Positions 39,047-49,457 of a stretch of 64,000 bases of DNA are shown here, in pieces (position 1 is the first letter of the stretch; every line of letters begins with the position of its first letter). Position numbers and translations under genes: made by a program. Source of the stretch: Candidatus Kaiserbacteria bacterium (GTDB lineage Bacteria > Patescibacteriota > Minisyncoccia > Phycocordibacterales > JABMNX01); NCBI GenBank assembly GCA_013204405.1, contig JABMNX010000040.1, forward strand, positions 1,046 to 65,045, written 5' to 3'. The notes under the pieces were generated by a model. It was not told where the DNA came from. It searched no databases and was given only the letters and a program-made list of their open reading frames with translations.

Positions 39047-40996
39047 TTACCAAATTTTCACTCGGTCTTTAGGTTTCCTATATAATTTATCTCCTTTAGT
39101 TAGTTTAAATGCTTCATAAAACTCAGGTAAATTTGACATTGGACCATTCACTCGAAATATTGGTCGTGAATGAGAATCTACAAGAGCCAATGTTCGAATA
39201 ACCTCTGGACGTTCGTGCCCACATTCGAAAATTGTTACACCTAAAAAGAATCGCTGTTCCGGTGTAAAATCCTGTATTATTTTCCCTGTAGTGTGTTTAA
39301 GATGTTCTTTGTATGCATCATAAGCAATACTAATACCACCAAGATCCGCAATGTTTTCTCCAAGAGTCATCTTTCCATCCATTTTTACGTTACCTATTTT
39401 AAATTGGTTAAACTGGGCAACGAGAGGTTTTGTTTTTTCTTCAAAACGCTTCTTGTCTCCCTTTGTCCACCAGTTATGAAAGTTTCCATTGTGGTCAAAT
39501 TTTGCTCCTGAATCATCAAATCCATGCGTGATTTCATGTCCAATAATAGCTCCGATAGAACCATAGTTAATTGCATCATCAGCATTCGGATCAAAGAATG
39601 GTGGTTGTAGGATTCCAGCAGGGAAGACTATTTCATTCATATTTGGATCATAAAATGCATTAACAGTTTGAGGTGTTGTGAACCACTCTTTTTTATCTAC
39701 TTTTTTGTCCAGTTTTTTGAACGCTTTATTTTTTTCAAATCCTATAGACCGAATAACATTCTCAACATACGTACCAGGTTTAATTGTGAGTCCACTGTAA
39801 GATTTCCACTTGTCAGGGTAACCAAGTTTTCGTGTCATATGTTTGAGTTTTAAAAGAGCTTTTTTCTTTGTAGATGCTGTCATCCACTCATTACTTTGTA
39901 TCCTCTTTTTGTACGCAACAAACAAGTGGTCAACTAGCTCATTTACTTTTTCTTTCGCTTCTGGTGGAAAATAGGTTTTCACGTACTCTTTACCAATAGC
40001 TTCTCCAATATTATTTTCTAGAACACCAATAACCCTCTTCCACTCAGGTTCAGACTGTTTTTGTCCAGTAAGTGTTTTTCCATAGAATTCAAATCGAATA
40101 TTTATAAAATCTTTCGAAAGTAATGAGCCAAAACCGTCAATTATCTGCCACCGTAGATACATTTTCCATATTGAAATAGGTACCGACTCAATCATCTGTG
40201 AAGCTTCTTTTAGATATTCTGGTTGCGTTACAACCACCTCTGTTGCTTTCTTAAGTCCAACCTCATCTAAAAATGCCCTCCAATCAACAGAAGGAGCAAT
40301 TTTTTGTAATTGAGGGAGTGTCTTTTTATTGTAGAGTTTTTCAATGTCCCGAGAATCAACTTTATCCATAGAGGCTTTAGCTAGTCTTTTTTCAAACGCA
40401 AAAATTGAATCTGCATTCCTAGAGGCTTCTTTTTTAGGAATATTTACAAGGACTAAAGTTTCCAAAATATATTTCTTAAAAGCTTTCTGTATACGTATGG
40501 ATTCGTTATCTTTTTTAAGGTAAAAGTCTCTATCAGGCAACGTTAGTCCATTCTGGTATAGAAATGTGTTATGAACCTCCCCATTTTTGTCATCTTGAGC
40601 AACTGTTGTTCCCCATAGAAGTGAAAACCCTTTTGCATGTTCTTGTGTGATAAATTTAACTATTTCTTCTGGGGAGGTAATCCTCTCTATGCAATCAAGT
40701 AGATGTTGTATAGGAAGAATTCCAAGTTTGTTTCTAACATTCATGTTTAAACCAGAGCGGTAGAAATCCCTTGTTAACTGTTCTTCAGATCCATTTTTTA
40801 TATTTTTTTTCTTTGAGTTTTTCTCAATAACCTTTTTTATCTTTTTTAATCCATCTTCACGAAGTATGAAGAAGGTACCCCATTTTGATTTTGTTGGGGG
40901 AATTGGATTGTTTTTAATCCACACCCCGCAAGAGAACTTAAAAAAATCATCCTGTGGGCGAACTGTAGTATCAATGTTTTTAAAGTATGACTTCAT
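39047..40996 (-). CDS. pepO: M13 family zinc metalloendopeptidase (neprilysin/PepO-like)
   Basis: HEITHGFDD (HExxH) and GENIADLGG (ExxxD). 649 aa. Confidence 0.9.
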   Translation of the reverse strand: MKSYFKNIDTTVRPQDDFFKFSCGVWIKNNPIPPTKSKWGTFFILREDGLKKIKKVIEKNSKKKNIKNGSEEQLTRDFYRSGLNMNVRNKLGILPIQHLLDCIERITSPEEIVKFITQEHAKGFSLLWGTTVAQDDKNGEVHNTFLYQNGLTLPDRDFYLKKDNESIRIQKAFKKYILETLVLVNIPKKEASRNADSIFAFEKRLAKASMDKVDSRDIEKLYNKKTLPQLQKIAPSVDWRAFLDEVGLKKATEVVVTQPEYLKEASQMIESVPISIWKMYLRWQIIDGFGSLLSKDFINIRFEFYGKTLTGQKQSEPEWKRVIGVLENNIGEAIGKEYVKTYFPPEAKEKVNELVDHLFVAYKKRIQSNEWMTASTKKKALLKLKHMTRKLGYPDKWKSYSGLTIKPGTYVENVIRSIGFEKNKAFKKLDKKVDKKEWFTTPQTVNAFYDPNMNEIVFPAGILQPPFFDPNADDAINYGSIGAIIGHEITHGFDDSGAKFDHNGNFHNWWTKGDKKRFEEKTKPLVAQFNQFKIGNVKMDGKMTLGENIADLGGISIAYDAYKEHLKHTTGKIIQDFTPEQRFFLGVTIFECGHERPEVIRTLALVDSHSRPIFRVNGPMSNLPEFYEAFKLTKGDKLYRKPKDRVKIW

Positions 40997-41061
40997 AGTA
41001 ATTTATTACCAGAGATAATAGCATGTTTTCATAAAAAAGAAGTGATATACTAATACGTATT

Positions 41062-41277
41062 ATGGATTTACTTTTTTGGGGAATGACAATTAGTGTAGTT
41101 GGTAAAGTACTTCTTGGAGTCACTGTGATTAGAGTGCATTCTAAGATAGTACACGAACACAAGGTTGATGGGGCAGTGCTTAAAGAGATGCGGAAAGAGA
41201 AGATTCTTGCAATTCTTGGGGTATTCTTTATGGTAGTAGGATATATTCTCGAAGCGATGTTCTATGGATACTTCTGA
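41062..41277 (+). CDS. small hypothetical membrane protein
   Basis: 71 aa with two TM helices. Confidence 0.35.
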   Translation: MDLLFWGMTISVVGKVLLGVTVIRVHSKIVHEHKVDGAVLKEMRKEKILAILGVFFMVVGYILEAMFYGYF

Positions 41278-43126
41278 AATTAGAAAGAAATACTTTACAT
41301 TTTTTGAAAAAAAAGGGCATACGGTAATTCCTTCAGCTTCTCTGCGCCCAGAGAATGACCCCACTACTCTATTTGTTGGATCAGGTATGCAACCACTACT
41401 GCCATATCTACTCGGTGAAAAACATCCCAGGGGTGTTCGGTTGGTAAACTCACAAAAAAGTTTTCGAGCTGAAGATATAGAAGAAGTAGGAGACAATCGT
41501 CACACAACATTTTTTGAAATGCTCGGAAACTGGTCTTTAGGCGATTACTTTAAAAAGGAACAGCTTCCATGGGCTTTTGAGTTTTTAACTGAAGAAATAG
41601 GACTTAACCCAGAAAAACTTTACGTTACTGTCTTTATAGGTGATGAGACTCTTGGTATTCCAAAAGACACGGAGTCAGTTCAAATCTGGAAAGGACTTTT
41701 TAAAGAAAAAGGGATAGAGGCTATTGATATAGAGATAGGTTCTGAAGAGGATGGATATGCAAAAGGAATGCAACAAGGAGACAAAGAGGGAAGAATTTTT
41801 TATTATGACGCAAAGAAAAATTGGTGGAGCCGTTCTGGCACTCCAGACAAGATGCCTGTGGGTGAGCCAGGAGGTCCTGACTCAGAAATGTTTTATGACT
41901 TTGGAACAGAGCACAATACAAGTTTTGGTGAACACTGCCATCCTAATTGCGACTGCGGTCGTTTTATGGAAATCGGAAACTCTGTGTTTATGGAGTACAT
42001 CAAAAAAGAAGATGGAAGTTTTGTACAATTGCCACAGAAGAATGTTGACTTTGGTGGAGGACTAGAGAGAATTGCCGCAGCAACAAATGGTAATTCGGAC
42101 ATATTTTTAATAGACACGCTACAAGTAATTATAGAATATATCGAGAAGACCTCTGGGAAAAAATATGATGATACTCGATATACACACGCTTTCCGTGTTA
42201 TCGCTGACCACATCCGAGCCGCTATTTTTATTATTGCTGACGGAGTGGTGCCTTCAAATTCTGAACAAGGGTATTTTGTACGACGGTTGATTCGTCGAGC
42301 AGTTCGGTATGCTGATTTACTTGGGGTACCAGATGGTGTTCTCGCTGCTTCGGTAACTGCAGTGAGTGGCACATACAAAGACCAATATGAAATTCTTCTA
42401 GAGAAGGGCGGTGAGATTGCTGGAATAATTGCAGCTGAAGAAGAGAAGTTTCGAAAAACACTAACGAGAGGACTCAAAGAGTTTGAAAAACTAAGCAATA
42501 ATAATATATCAGGAAACGATGCTTTTATACTTTTTACTACGTACGGATTCCCATATGAACTAACTGAAGAGCTTGCAGAGGAAAAAGGAATATCAGTAGA
42601 TAGGAAAGGTTTTGATGTAGAGATGAAAAAACACCAAGAACTTTCCCGTAGTGGTTCAGAACAAAAGTTTAAAGGTGGATTAGTTGACCATGGGGAAATG
42701 AGTATTAAATACCATACCGCGACACATCTTCTTAACCAAGCACTTCGCAATGTTCTTGGAAATTCTGTACAGCAGAAAGGAAGTAATATCACACCGGAGC
42801 GTATGCGTTTTGATTTTTCATTTGACCGTAAGATGACTGACGAGGAAAAAAAGAAAGTTGAGGATATTGTAAATGAACACATAAAAGCGGCTATTGTAGT
42901 GACAAATCAGGAACTACCACTTGAAGAAGCAAAAAAACTTGGCGCCATAGGCTTGTTTGAAGAAAAGTACGGAGATGTTGTAAAAGTATATACAATAGGG
43001 GATTTTAGCCTTGAGTTTTGTGGAGGTCCTCACGTGACAAACACAAGCCAACTTGGACACTTTAAAATAGTAAAAGAAGAATCAATCTCAGCAGGAGTGC
43101 GTCGTATTCGTGCGGTTCTAGAATAA
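41264..43126 (+). CDS. alaS: alanyl-tRNA synthetase, short form ending after the editing domain (no C-Ala domain)
   Basis: FTFFEKKGHTVIPSASL...FFEMLGNWSLGDYFK matches class II AlaRS. Editing-domain HxxxH and CGGPHV motifs present. 620 aa. Confidence 0.9.
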   Translation: MDTSEIRKKYFTFFEKKGHTVIPSASLRPENDPTTLFVGSGMQPLLPYLLGEKHPRGVRLVNSQKSFRAEDIEEVGDNRHTTFFEMLGNWSLGDYFKKEQLPWAFEFLTEEIGLNPEKLYVTVFIGDETLGIPKDTESVQIWKGLFKEKGIEAIDIEIGSEEDGYAKGMQQGDKEGRIFYYDAKKNWWSRSGTPDKMPVGEPGGPDSEMFYDFGTEHNTSFGEHCHPNCDCGRFMEIGNSVFMEYIKKEDGSFVQLPQKNVDFGGGLERIAAATNGNSDIFLIDTLQVIIEYIEKTSGKKYDDTRYTHAFRVIADHIRAAIFIIADGVVPSNSEQGYFVRRLIRRAVRYADLLGVPDGVLAASVTAVSGTYKDQYEILLEKGGEIAGIIAAEEEKFRKTLTRGLKEFEKLSNNNISGNDAFILFTTYGFPYELTEELAEEKGISVDRKGFDVEMKKHQELSRSGSEQKFKGGLVDHGEMSIKYHTATHLLNQALRNVLGNSVQQKGSNITPERMRFDFSFDRKMTDEEKKKVEDIVNEHIKAAIVVTNQELPLEEAKKLGAIGLFEEKYGDVVKVYTIGDFSLEFCGGPHVTNTSQLGHFKIVKEESISAGVRRIRAVLE

Positions 43127-43183
43127 GCGTCTTAGTTGTTATTCCGTTGCTCTTCCTTGCTAGGCGACTTATACTATTTAGTA

Positions 43184-44383
43184 ATGAAGCTTTCTCAGAT
43201 ATCAGAAACAGTAAAAAATCTTTTAAAGCGAATACGTGGAGTTCAACCTGTTGTTATTTTTGATATTGGAAGTTCTAGTATTGGTGGCGCGGTGGTATTT
43301 TTTGGTAAAGAAGTTCCTGAGATTACATACAGCACAAGAGTTCAATTACCATTTCAAGAAATAGCCGACAAAAAACATTTATTACCTCAAATCGAAGAGG
43401 TTCTTTCTCAGGTTGCTGAAGATGTACAAAAGAACGGATTACAAGCGGTTAAAGGGAAGTCGGTTGTTCCTCAAGAGATAGTCTGCATTCTCTCTTCTTT
43501 GTGGAGTAATACTCGTACAACTAATGCCACATTTGAAAATAAAGAAAAATTTATAGTGACTGATGAGATTATGGATAATCTTTTAATTCAAATTCATGAA
43601 AATAATAAAGGAGAGAAAGAAGAAGGGGTTGTCACCATAGAAGAAATTATCGTTAATTCTTTCTTAAACGGATACCCGACTCAATTACCTTTAGGGAAAG
43701 AAGCACAGCACATTAGTGTTTCATTTCTTGAGAGTACGGTGACGAAAGAATTGAATACTAAAATACATGATGTGGTATATAAAATTTTTAGCCCAGATAT
43801 TCCTCTTCTATTACGTTCATTTACGTTAGTAGCATTCTCTGTTACGCGAGATATGTTTGAACATATACGGGATTTTGTCCTTGTGGACGTTACTGGTGAG
43901 ATTACAGAGATTGCAGTAGTACGTAATTCTACATTAGATGAGACGTTCTCATTTCCATACGGGAAAAATACCATTGTCAGAGATATTGCTAAAAAAACAG
44001 GCAGCGTCCCTGAGGATGTCCTCACTCGCCTTAAGATTGAGATTTCTAAAACCAAGTCTGATATAAAAGGAGAAGTATCTGAAGAAGAAAAGAAGTGGAC
44101 AGAATTGTTCGGTAAAGCATGTGAAGAACTTTCTTCGGAGACGAGTCCATTACCACCGCATGTTTTTCTTATTGTAGATACTCCCTATGAAAAGTGGTTT
44201 CACTCAATGATAGAAAGGGTTGATTTTAGTCAGTTTACCGCAACACGCGATGCTTTCAATGTTAATCCTCTTCTTGAAAAGCAGGTTGAGGGTATGTGCA
44301 TATTACACAAAGGAATTACATACGATAATTTTCTTGTTATAGAATCTATTTTTTATAATAGGGAATATCTTCCTCGCACGTAA
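43184..44383 (+). CDS. actin-like ATPase fold protein (PilM/FtsA-like)
   Basis: VVIFDIGSSSIGGAVV (phosphate-1) and LVDVTGEITEIAVVRN (phosphate-2-like). Internal start of ORF 43136..44383. Confidence 0.5.
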   Translation: MKLSQISETVKNLLKRIRGVQPVVIFDIGSSSIGGAVVFFGKEVPEITYSTRVQLPFQEIADKKHLLPQIEEVLSQVAEDVQKNGLQAVKGKSVVPQEIVCILSSLWSNTRTTNATFENKEKFIVTDEIMDNLLIQIHENNKGEKEEGVVTIEEIIVNSFLNGYPTQLPLGKEAQHISVSFLESTVTKELNTKIHDVVYKIFSPDIPLLLRSFTLVAFSVTRDMFEHIRDFVLVDVTGEITEIAVVRNSTLDETFSFPYGKNTIVRDIAKKTGSVPEDVLTRLKIEISKTKSDIKGEVSEEEKKWTELFGKACEELSSETSPLPPHVFLIVDTPYEKWFHSMIERVDFSQFTATRDAFNVNPLLEKQVEGMCILHKGITYDNFLVIESIFYNREYLPRT

Positions 44384-44412
44384 TACCATTTATGGTATAG
44401 TATTAAGTAATT

Positions 44413-45705
44413 ATGAAGAGAAGCATTGATGACATAATTCTTCCTGAAGATCGGGACCGTAGGTCAATCCGCAAGGTTAGTGTTGATCGTTCTCCTCGCC
44501 GAAAAAGACCAGAGTTAGTCCAAGAAGTTGAACAAGACTTACCACCACGACCACCGCGTTCTCGTAGAGCGTCATCACGTCTTGGGCTTTGGATAATATC
44601 CATAGTCTCTTTATTGGTTCTTGTGTTTGGTTTCTCATTTCTTTTTTCGGGGGCAAAACTTGTTGTAACCCCTAAACAACGAACAGTGTTAGTCGATGCA
44701 GAATTTAAAGCATTTAAAAATCCAAAAGTTAATGAGCTCGGATATGAAATAATAACAATTGAGAGAGAAGGTACTCAAGATGTGACAGCTAGTGGTGAGG
44801 AGTTTGTTAAGGAAAAATCCTCAGGGACAATAGTTGTGTATAACAACTACAGTACCGCTAATCAACGTTTGATTAAGAATACTCGATTTGAAACTCCTGA
44901 AGGGCTTATTTATCGAATTAATGAATCAATTACAGTTCCTGGTAAACAAAAAGAGAATGGGGTTACTGTTCCAGGGAGTATAGAAGTGACTGTGTATGCA
45001 GACGAAGTAGGGGAAGCATACAATATTGGGCTTACTGACTTCACTATTCCTGGGTTTGAAGGGGACCCGCGATATGATGATTTTTACGCACGTTCTAAAA
45101 CTAACATGTTTGGAGGTTTTGAAGGACAAAAGAAGGTAGTAAGCGAAGCCGATGAAACCAAGGCTCGTGACGAGATTAAAGAGAAACTAAAAACCCAACT
45201 ACTTAAAGATGTTTTTTCTCAAAAACCGGAAGGATTTGAGATATATGAAGATGGGGTATTTATCACATTTGCATCACTACCTGACGGCGAGAATGGTGAC
45301 CGTGTAGCAGTGAAGGAAAAAGCTGTGTTGTATGGGGTACTTTTTGAACGAACTAAGTTTGCCCAGTTTGTAGCCCAAAATACTATTGCAGGTTTTGAGG
45401 GTGGTGAAGTAGAGATTCTTGACCCGAACACTCTTACTTTTAGTGTACTTGGAAAAGACCAAACAGAACCGTGGATTAATGAAGAGTTCTTATTTAAACT
45501 TGGGGGAAATGCTCATATTGTATGGGATTTTGAGTCAGATCAGCTTAAAAATGACCTCTCAGGTAAGTCAAAAGATGCTCTTCAGACGGTTCTTACTGGA
45601 TATCCAAGCATAGATGAGGCACAGATAGTCCTCAGGCCTTTTTGGAGACAAACATTCCCTGATAATATTAAGGATATAAAGATTACTACGATAATAGAGA
45701 AATAG
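44413..45705 (+). CDS. hypothetical membrane-anchored protein (430 aa)
   Basis: R/P-rich N-terminus, one TM helix and a large extracytoplasmic domain. Confidence 0.45.
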   Translation: MKRSIDDIILPEDRDRRSIRKVSVDRSPRRKRPELVQEVEQDLPPRPPRSRRASSRLGLWIISIVSLLVLVFGFSFLFSGAKLVVTPKQRTVLVDAEFKAFKNPKVNELGYEIITIEREGTQDVTASGEEFVKEKSSGTIVVYNNYSTANQRLIKNTRFETPEGLIYRINESITVPGKQKENGVTVPGSIEVTVYADEVGEAYNIGLTDFTIPGFEGDPRYDDFYARSKTNMFGGFEGQKKVVSEADETKARDEIKEKLKTQLLKDVFSQKPEGFEIYEDGVFITFASLPDGENGDRVAVKEKAVLYGVLFERTKFAQFVAQNTIAGFEGGEVEILDPNTLTFSVLGKDQTEPWINEEFLFKLGGNAHIVWDFESDQLKNDLSGKSKDALQTVLTGYPSIDEAQIVLRPFWRQTFPDNIKDIKITTIIEK

Positions 45706-45771
45706 CAGATTATATACACCAAAAACCTTGACGTGTAAGGCTAGTTTCTGGTAGTATATGTCCACTCTGTA

Positions 45772-45993
45772 ATGTCACAAGTGAACGGAAAACCAGAAGC
45801 AGTTATGGGGATAGTGGATGAGGCTTTGCCTAATACATTATTCCGAGTAACCCTTGAAGAAGGGGGTGAGCAGATTCTCACGTACCTTTCAGGGAAAATG
45901 CGGATGTACCGGATTAAAGTTCTAGTTGGCGACAAGGTGGCTGTTGAGTTAGAGCCTTATGGAGGAAAAGGAAGGATTATAAAGCGCTTATAA
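45772..45993 (+). CDS. infA: translation initiation factor IF-1
   Basis: [45 protein letters not shown] matches IF-1. Confidence 0.88.
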   Translation: MSQVNGKPEAVMGIVDEALPNTLFRVTLEEGGEQILTYLSGKMRMYRIKVLVGDKVAVELEPYGGKGRIIKRL

Positions 45994-46050
45994 TTTCAAA
46001 CGAGGAGTATTGGAGAATTTTATTTTCATACAATGTCCGAGTGTAGGAAT

Positions 46051-46082
46051 TATATAGCGAACCACACAATACGCGCTATATA
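46051..46082 (+). promoter_or_regulatory. perfect 9-bp-stem hairpin TATATAGCG...CGCTATATA in the leader of the rpmJ-rpsM-rpsK-rpsD-rpoA operon
   Basis: Read directly in the sequence. Could be an autoregulatory leader element or an operator. Confidence 0.3.
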
Positions 46083-46147
46083 GTTGGATACGATTGAGTT
46101 CCGTCTATACCACCCACACAAGGAAAGCGCAATTTTTTGTTGTCACA

Positions 46148-46270
46148 ATGAAAATAAAATCTTCAGTAAAAAAAATATGTGCAAAATGCCAGACAGTCCG
46201 CCGAAAGGGGAATCTGTATGTTATTTGTTCAGGTCCTCAAGGAGGGCGTCATAAACAACGACAAGGATAA
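46148..46270 (+). CDS. rpmJ: 50S ribosomal protein L36
   Basis: Translates [40 protein letters not shown]. Not in the ORF track (under 60 aa). Confidence 0.85.
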   Translation: MKIKSSVKKICAKCQTVRRKGNLYVICSGPQGGRHKQRQG

Positions 46271-46286
46271 TTTTTTAATATACGTT

Positions 46287-46667
46287 ATGCGAATTTCAGG
46301 TATCACAATTCCAGATAATAAACGACTCGAAATAGGACTCACCTCTGTGTATGGGGTTGGGCGCCCTCGAGCAGAAGAGATATTGAAAGAGCTTAAAATC
46401 GACGCAGGTAAAAGACCTGGAGATTTAAATACAGAAGAGGAAAATGCTATTCGGGAAAAAATTGAATCATTTCCTATAGAGGGAGAACTTCGTCGTACAG
46501 TTTCAGGAAACATTAAGCGGCTTAAGGACATTCTTGCATACCGAGGTGTTAGGCACAGTAGGAATCTTCCTTCACGAGGACAACGAACTAAGACAAATTC
46601 TCGAACAGTTCGTGGTAATAAGCGAAAGACCATGAGTTCTGGTCGACGTACTGTAGATAAGAAATAA
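46287..46667 (+). CDS. rpsM: 30S ribosomal protein S13
   Basis: MRISGITIPDNKRLEIGLTSVYGVGRPRAEEIL. Internal start of ORF 46179..46667. Confidence 0.9.
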   Translation: MRISGITIPDNKRLEIGLTSVYGVGRPRAEEILKELKIDAGKRPGDLNTEEENAIREKIESFPIEGELRRTVSGNIKRLKDILAYRGVRHSRNLPSRGQRTKTNSRTVRGNKRKTMSSGRRTVDKK

Positions 46668-46669
46668 AT

Positions 46670-47104
46670 ATGGGAAAGAAACGAATTATAAAAAAAGCAG
46701 GTGGGGGAATGGATTCAGGGTTAAAATCTCGTTCTCTTTCTCGTGTCCCTAAAAAGAAAATAGACTCAGGGGTACTACATATCCAAGCCACATTTAATAA
46801 TACAAAGCTTATGCTTTCAGATAAATCAGGAAATGCGTTCATGTGGTCTTCAAGTGGAGCACTTGGATTTAAGGGGGCTAAGAAGGGTACTCCTTTCGCA
46901 GCTGCTAAAGTAGGGGAAGTGCTTGGAGAAAAGGCTCAAATAATGGGCATGAAGGATGTTGACGTTATCATGCGTGGTGTGGGTTCTGGACGAGAATCTT
47001 CACTTCGTGCATTTTCATCAAAAGGGATAGGGGTGTCTAGTATCAAAGATATGACCCCAGTTCCCTTTAACGGGCCACGGGCTAAGAAGCCACGACGAGT
47101 TTAA
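46670..47104 (+). CDS. rpsK: 30S ribosomal protein S11
   Basis: GVLHIQATFNNTKLMLSDKSGNAFMWSSSGALGFKGAKKGTPFAA. Confidence 0.92.
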   Translation: MGKKRIIKKAGGGMDSGLKSRSLSRVPKKKIDSGVLHIQATFNNTKLMLSDKSGNAFMWSSSGALGFKGAKKGTPFAAAKVGEVLGEKAQIMGMKDVDVIMRGVGSGRESSLRAFSSKGIGVSSIKDMTPVPFNGPRAKKPRRV

Positions 47105-47125
47105 CAAAAAGATTACACTTTAATT

Positions 47126-47737
47126 ATGATAATAGGACCACGATACAAAATAGGTAAACGACTTGGAGCAAGCGTTTTTGAAAAGTGCCAAACACAGAAG
47201 TTTGTGCTTTCTGAAGCTCGTTCTAAAAAACGACGTACCTCAAGGCGACCTAAACAACTTTCTGATTTTGGAAAACAACTTCTTGAAAAGCAAAAAGTTA
47301 GGTTTATGTACGGTATTACAGAAAAGCAGTTTTCTAAATACGTTAAAATAGGGACATCTGCTCCAGGAGAGTCAAAGAATAAGATTTTTCAAGATCTTGA
47401 GACCCGGTTAGATAATGTCGTGTATCGTCTCGGACTTGTTCCTACCCGAAGATTTGCACGACAAGCAGTATCACACGGACACATTATGGTTAATGGAAAG
47501 CGGGTAACAATTCCATCTTTTAAAGTTGGAATGAAGGACGTGGTAGCTGTTCGACCAAACAGTAAGGAAAAAGGAATATTCATTGGTTTCGAGGAACGTT
47601 TTAAGGATTATTCAGTACCGAAATGGCTTACTTTTGATGCAAAGAAGATGGAAGGGAGCATGTCAGTATATCCAGAACTTTCTGACGCGGATGCATCCAT
47701 TGACCTTGATATGGTCCTTGAATTTTACAGTAGATAA
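47126..47737 (+). CDS. rpsD: 30S ribosomal protein S4
   Basis: S4 N-domain and S4 RNA-binding domain (VDNVVYRLGLVPTRRFARQAVSHGHIMVNGKRV). Confidence 0.92.
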   Translation: MIIGPRYKIGKRLGASVFEKCQTQKFVLSEARSKKRRTSRRPKQLSDFGKQLLEKQKVRFMYGITEKQFSKYVKIGTSAPGESKNKIFQDLETRLDNVVYRLGLVPTRRFARQAVSHGHIMVNGKRVTIPSFKVGMKDVVAVRPNSKEKGIFIGFEERFKDYSVPKWLTFDAKKMEGSMSVYPELSDADASIDLDMVLEFYSR

Positions 47738-47772
47738 ATATAAGAATTTATTAATTTATAATAATACGTATT

Positions 47773-48732
47773 ATGTCAGACTATAATGTAGCACTTCCAT
47801 CTAAACCACGAATTGTTTCCGAAAAAGAGTTCGGTGGTGTATATGAAATTGATGGTCTTTACCCTGGGTATGGACACACTCTTGGTAACTCACTTCGACG
47901 AATTATCCTTTCTTCATTACCAGGAGCTGCAATTACTTCAGTAAAGATTGATGGGGTACAGCACGAATTTTCAACAATCGAGGGGGTTAAAGAAGATGTT
48001 ATTACAATTCTTCTTAATCTTAAGCGGGTACGAATTCAGATGCTTTCTGATGAACCGCAGCAGATGAAAATAAATATAAAAGGAGCTAAAGTGGTTACCG
48101 CTGCTGATATTGAAATCCCTGGACAGGTACAGATTCTTAACCCAGAACAGCCAATTGCTGAGGTCACGGGGAAGAATTCAAACCTATCTATAGAAATGAC
48201 AGTAGAGCGAGGACTCGGGTATGTTGCTAAAGAAGTGCTTCAAAAAGACCGTGTAGAAGTTGGTGTTATTTCTCTTGATGCAGTTTTCACACCAATTCGT
48301 CGAGTTAACTACGAAGTAGAAAACATGCGTATTGGAGACCAAACAGATTTCAACCGACTTCGAATATTTATTGAGACTGATGGAACTGTTACTGCAAAGG
48401 AGGCACTAGAGAAATCAATAGAGATAATGATTAACCAACTCAAAGCAATTGTTGGTTTCAAAGAAGAGATTGAGCTTCCTGAGGAGACTCTAGTAGAAGA
48501 AGAGCCAGAAGAAGAAAAGAAAGAAGTTGATTCAGAGTTTCTTAAGACACGTATTGACGATCTTGACCTCTCAGCACGAACAACTAACTCATTAGAGAGT
48601 GCAAATATCCGTACTGTTGGAGGTCTTGTTCGCAAACGGGAGGAAGATATTCTTTCAATTGAAGGGATAGGACAAAAAGGGTTACAAGAAATTAAACGAG
48701 CATTAAGCAACTTTGGAGTTACTCTTAAGTAA
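47773..48732 (+). CDS. rpoA: DNA-directed RNA polymerase alpha subunit
   Basis: GHTLGNSLRRILLSSLPG N-domain. C-terminal HhH (TNSLESANIRTVGGLV). Confidence 0.93.
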   Translation: MSDYNVALPSKPRIVSEKEFGGVYEIDGLYPGYGHTLGNSLRRIILSSLPGAAITSVKIDGVQHEFSTIEGVKEDVITILLNLKRVRIQMLSDEPQQMKINIKGAKVVTAADIEIPGQVQILNPEQPIAEVTGKNSNLSIEMTVERGLGYVAKEVLQKDRVEVGVISLDAVFTPIRRVNYEVENMRIGDQTDFNRLRIFIETDGTVTAKEALEKSIEIMINQLKAIVGFKEEIELPEETLVEEEPEEEKKEVDSEFLKTRIDDLDLSARTTNSLESANIRTVGGLVRKREEDILSIEGIGQKGLQEIKRALSNFGVTLK

Positions 48733-48750
48733 CCAATTAAATAAAGTATT

Positions 48751-49104
48751 ATGAAACACAAAGCGCACGGAAGAAAATTTGGAAGAGTACGAAAAGTTAG
48801 GGTTGCCTTAATCCGTTCTCTTCTGCGTGCACTAATTCTTCACGGGAAAATCGAAACTACTGAGGCAAAAGCAAAAGAGATACAACGTTCTGTTGAAAAA
48901 CTTATTACAAAGAGTAATAAAGGGACTCTTGCATCATACAGGGGAGTTATCTCTGTACTTGGAGGGGAAGAACGAGTAGCTAAAATGCTTAAAGAGGAAG
49001 TTGCTCCCAAATACACTGAACGGGAAGGTGGGTATACCCGAATTACAAAAATTCATGTACCATCTCATGATGCACGTAAACGTGCAGTAATCGAATTCGT
49101 ATAA
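48751..49104 (+). CDS. rplQ: 50S ribosomal protein L17
   Basis: MKHKAHGRKFGRVRKVRVALIRSLLRALILHGKIETTEAKAKE. Confidence 0.92.
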   Translation: MKHKAHGRKFGRVRKVRVALIRSLLRALILHGKIETTEAKAKEIQRSVEKLITKSNKGTLASYRGVISVLGGEERVAKMLKEEVAPKYTEREGGYTRITKIHVPSHDARKRAVIEFV

Positions 49105-49108
49105 GCTT

Positions 49109-49450
49109 ATGGAATACACAATAGACGCAAAAGGAAAAAAATTAGGACGAGTTGCAAGTGAAGCAGCGCATGTTCTTATGGGTAAGGACACTCCTTCTTT
49201 TGAAAAACACACTGTTGCTGATGTGACAGTTACTGTTATGAACAGTGATGCTTTACTTATAACCCCTAAAAAGGCCTTAACTAAAATTTATACACACTAC
49301 ACAGGGCATCCAGGAGGACTCCGAAAACAGACTCTTGAAAAAATAAAAGAATCTAAAGGTATGGAAGAGGTGATACGCAAGGCTGTTTATGGTATGCTTC
49401 CGGGGAACAAATTACGAGCACAGATGATGAAACATCTAATTATCAAATAA
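49109..49450 (+). CDS. rplM: 50S ribosomal protein L13 (short)
   Basis: [22 protein letters not shown]...[11 protein letters not shown]. Confidence 0.88.
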   Translation: MEYTIDAKGKKLGRVASEAAHVLMGKDTPSFEKHTVADVTVTVMNSDALLITPKKALTKIYTHYTGHPGGLRKQTLEKIKESKGMEEVIRKAVYGMLPGNKLRAQMMKHLIIK

Positions 49451-49457
49451 TACATAC

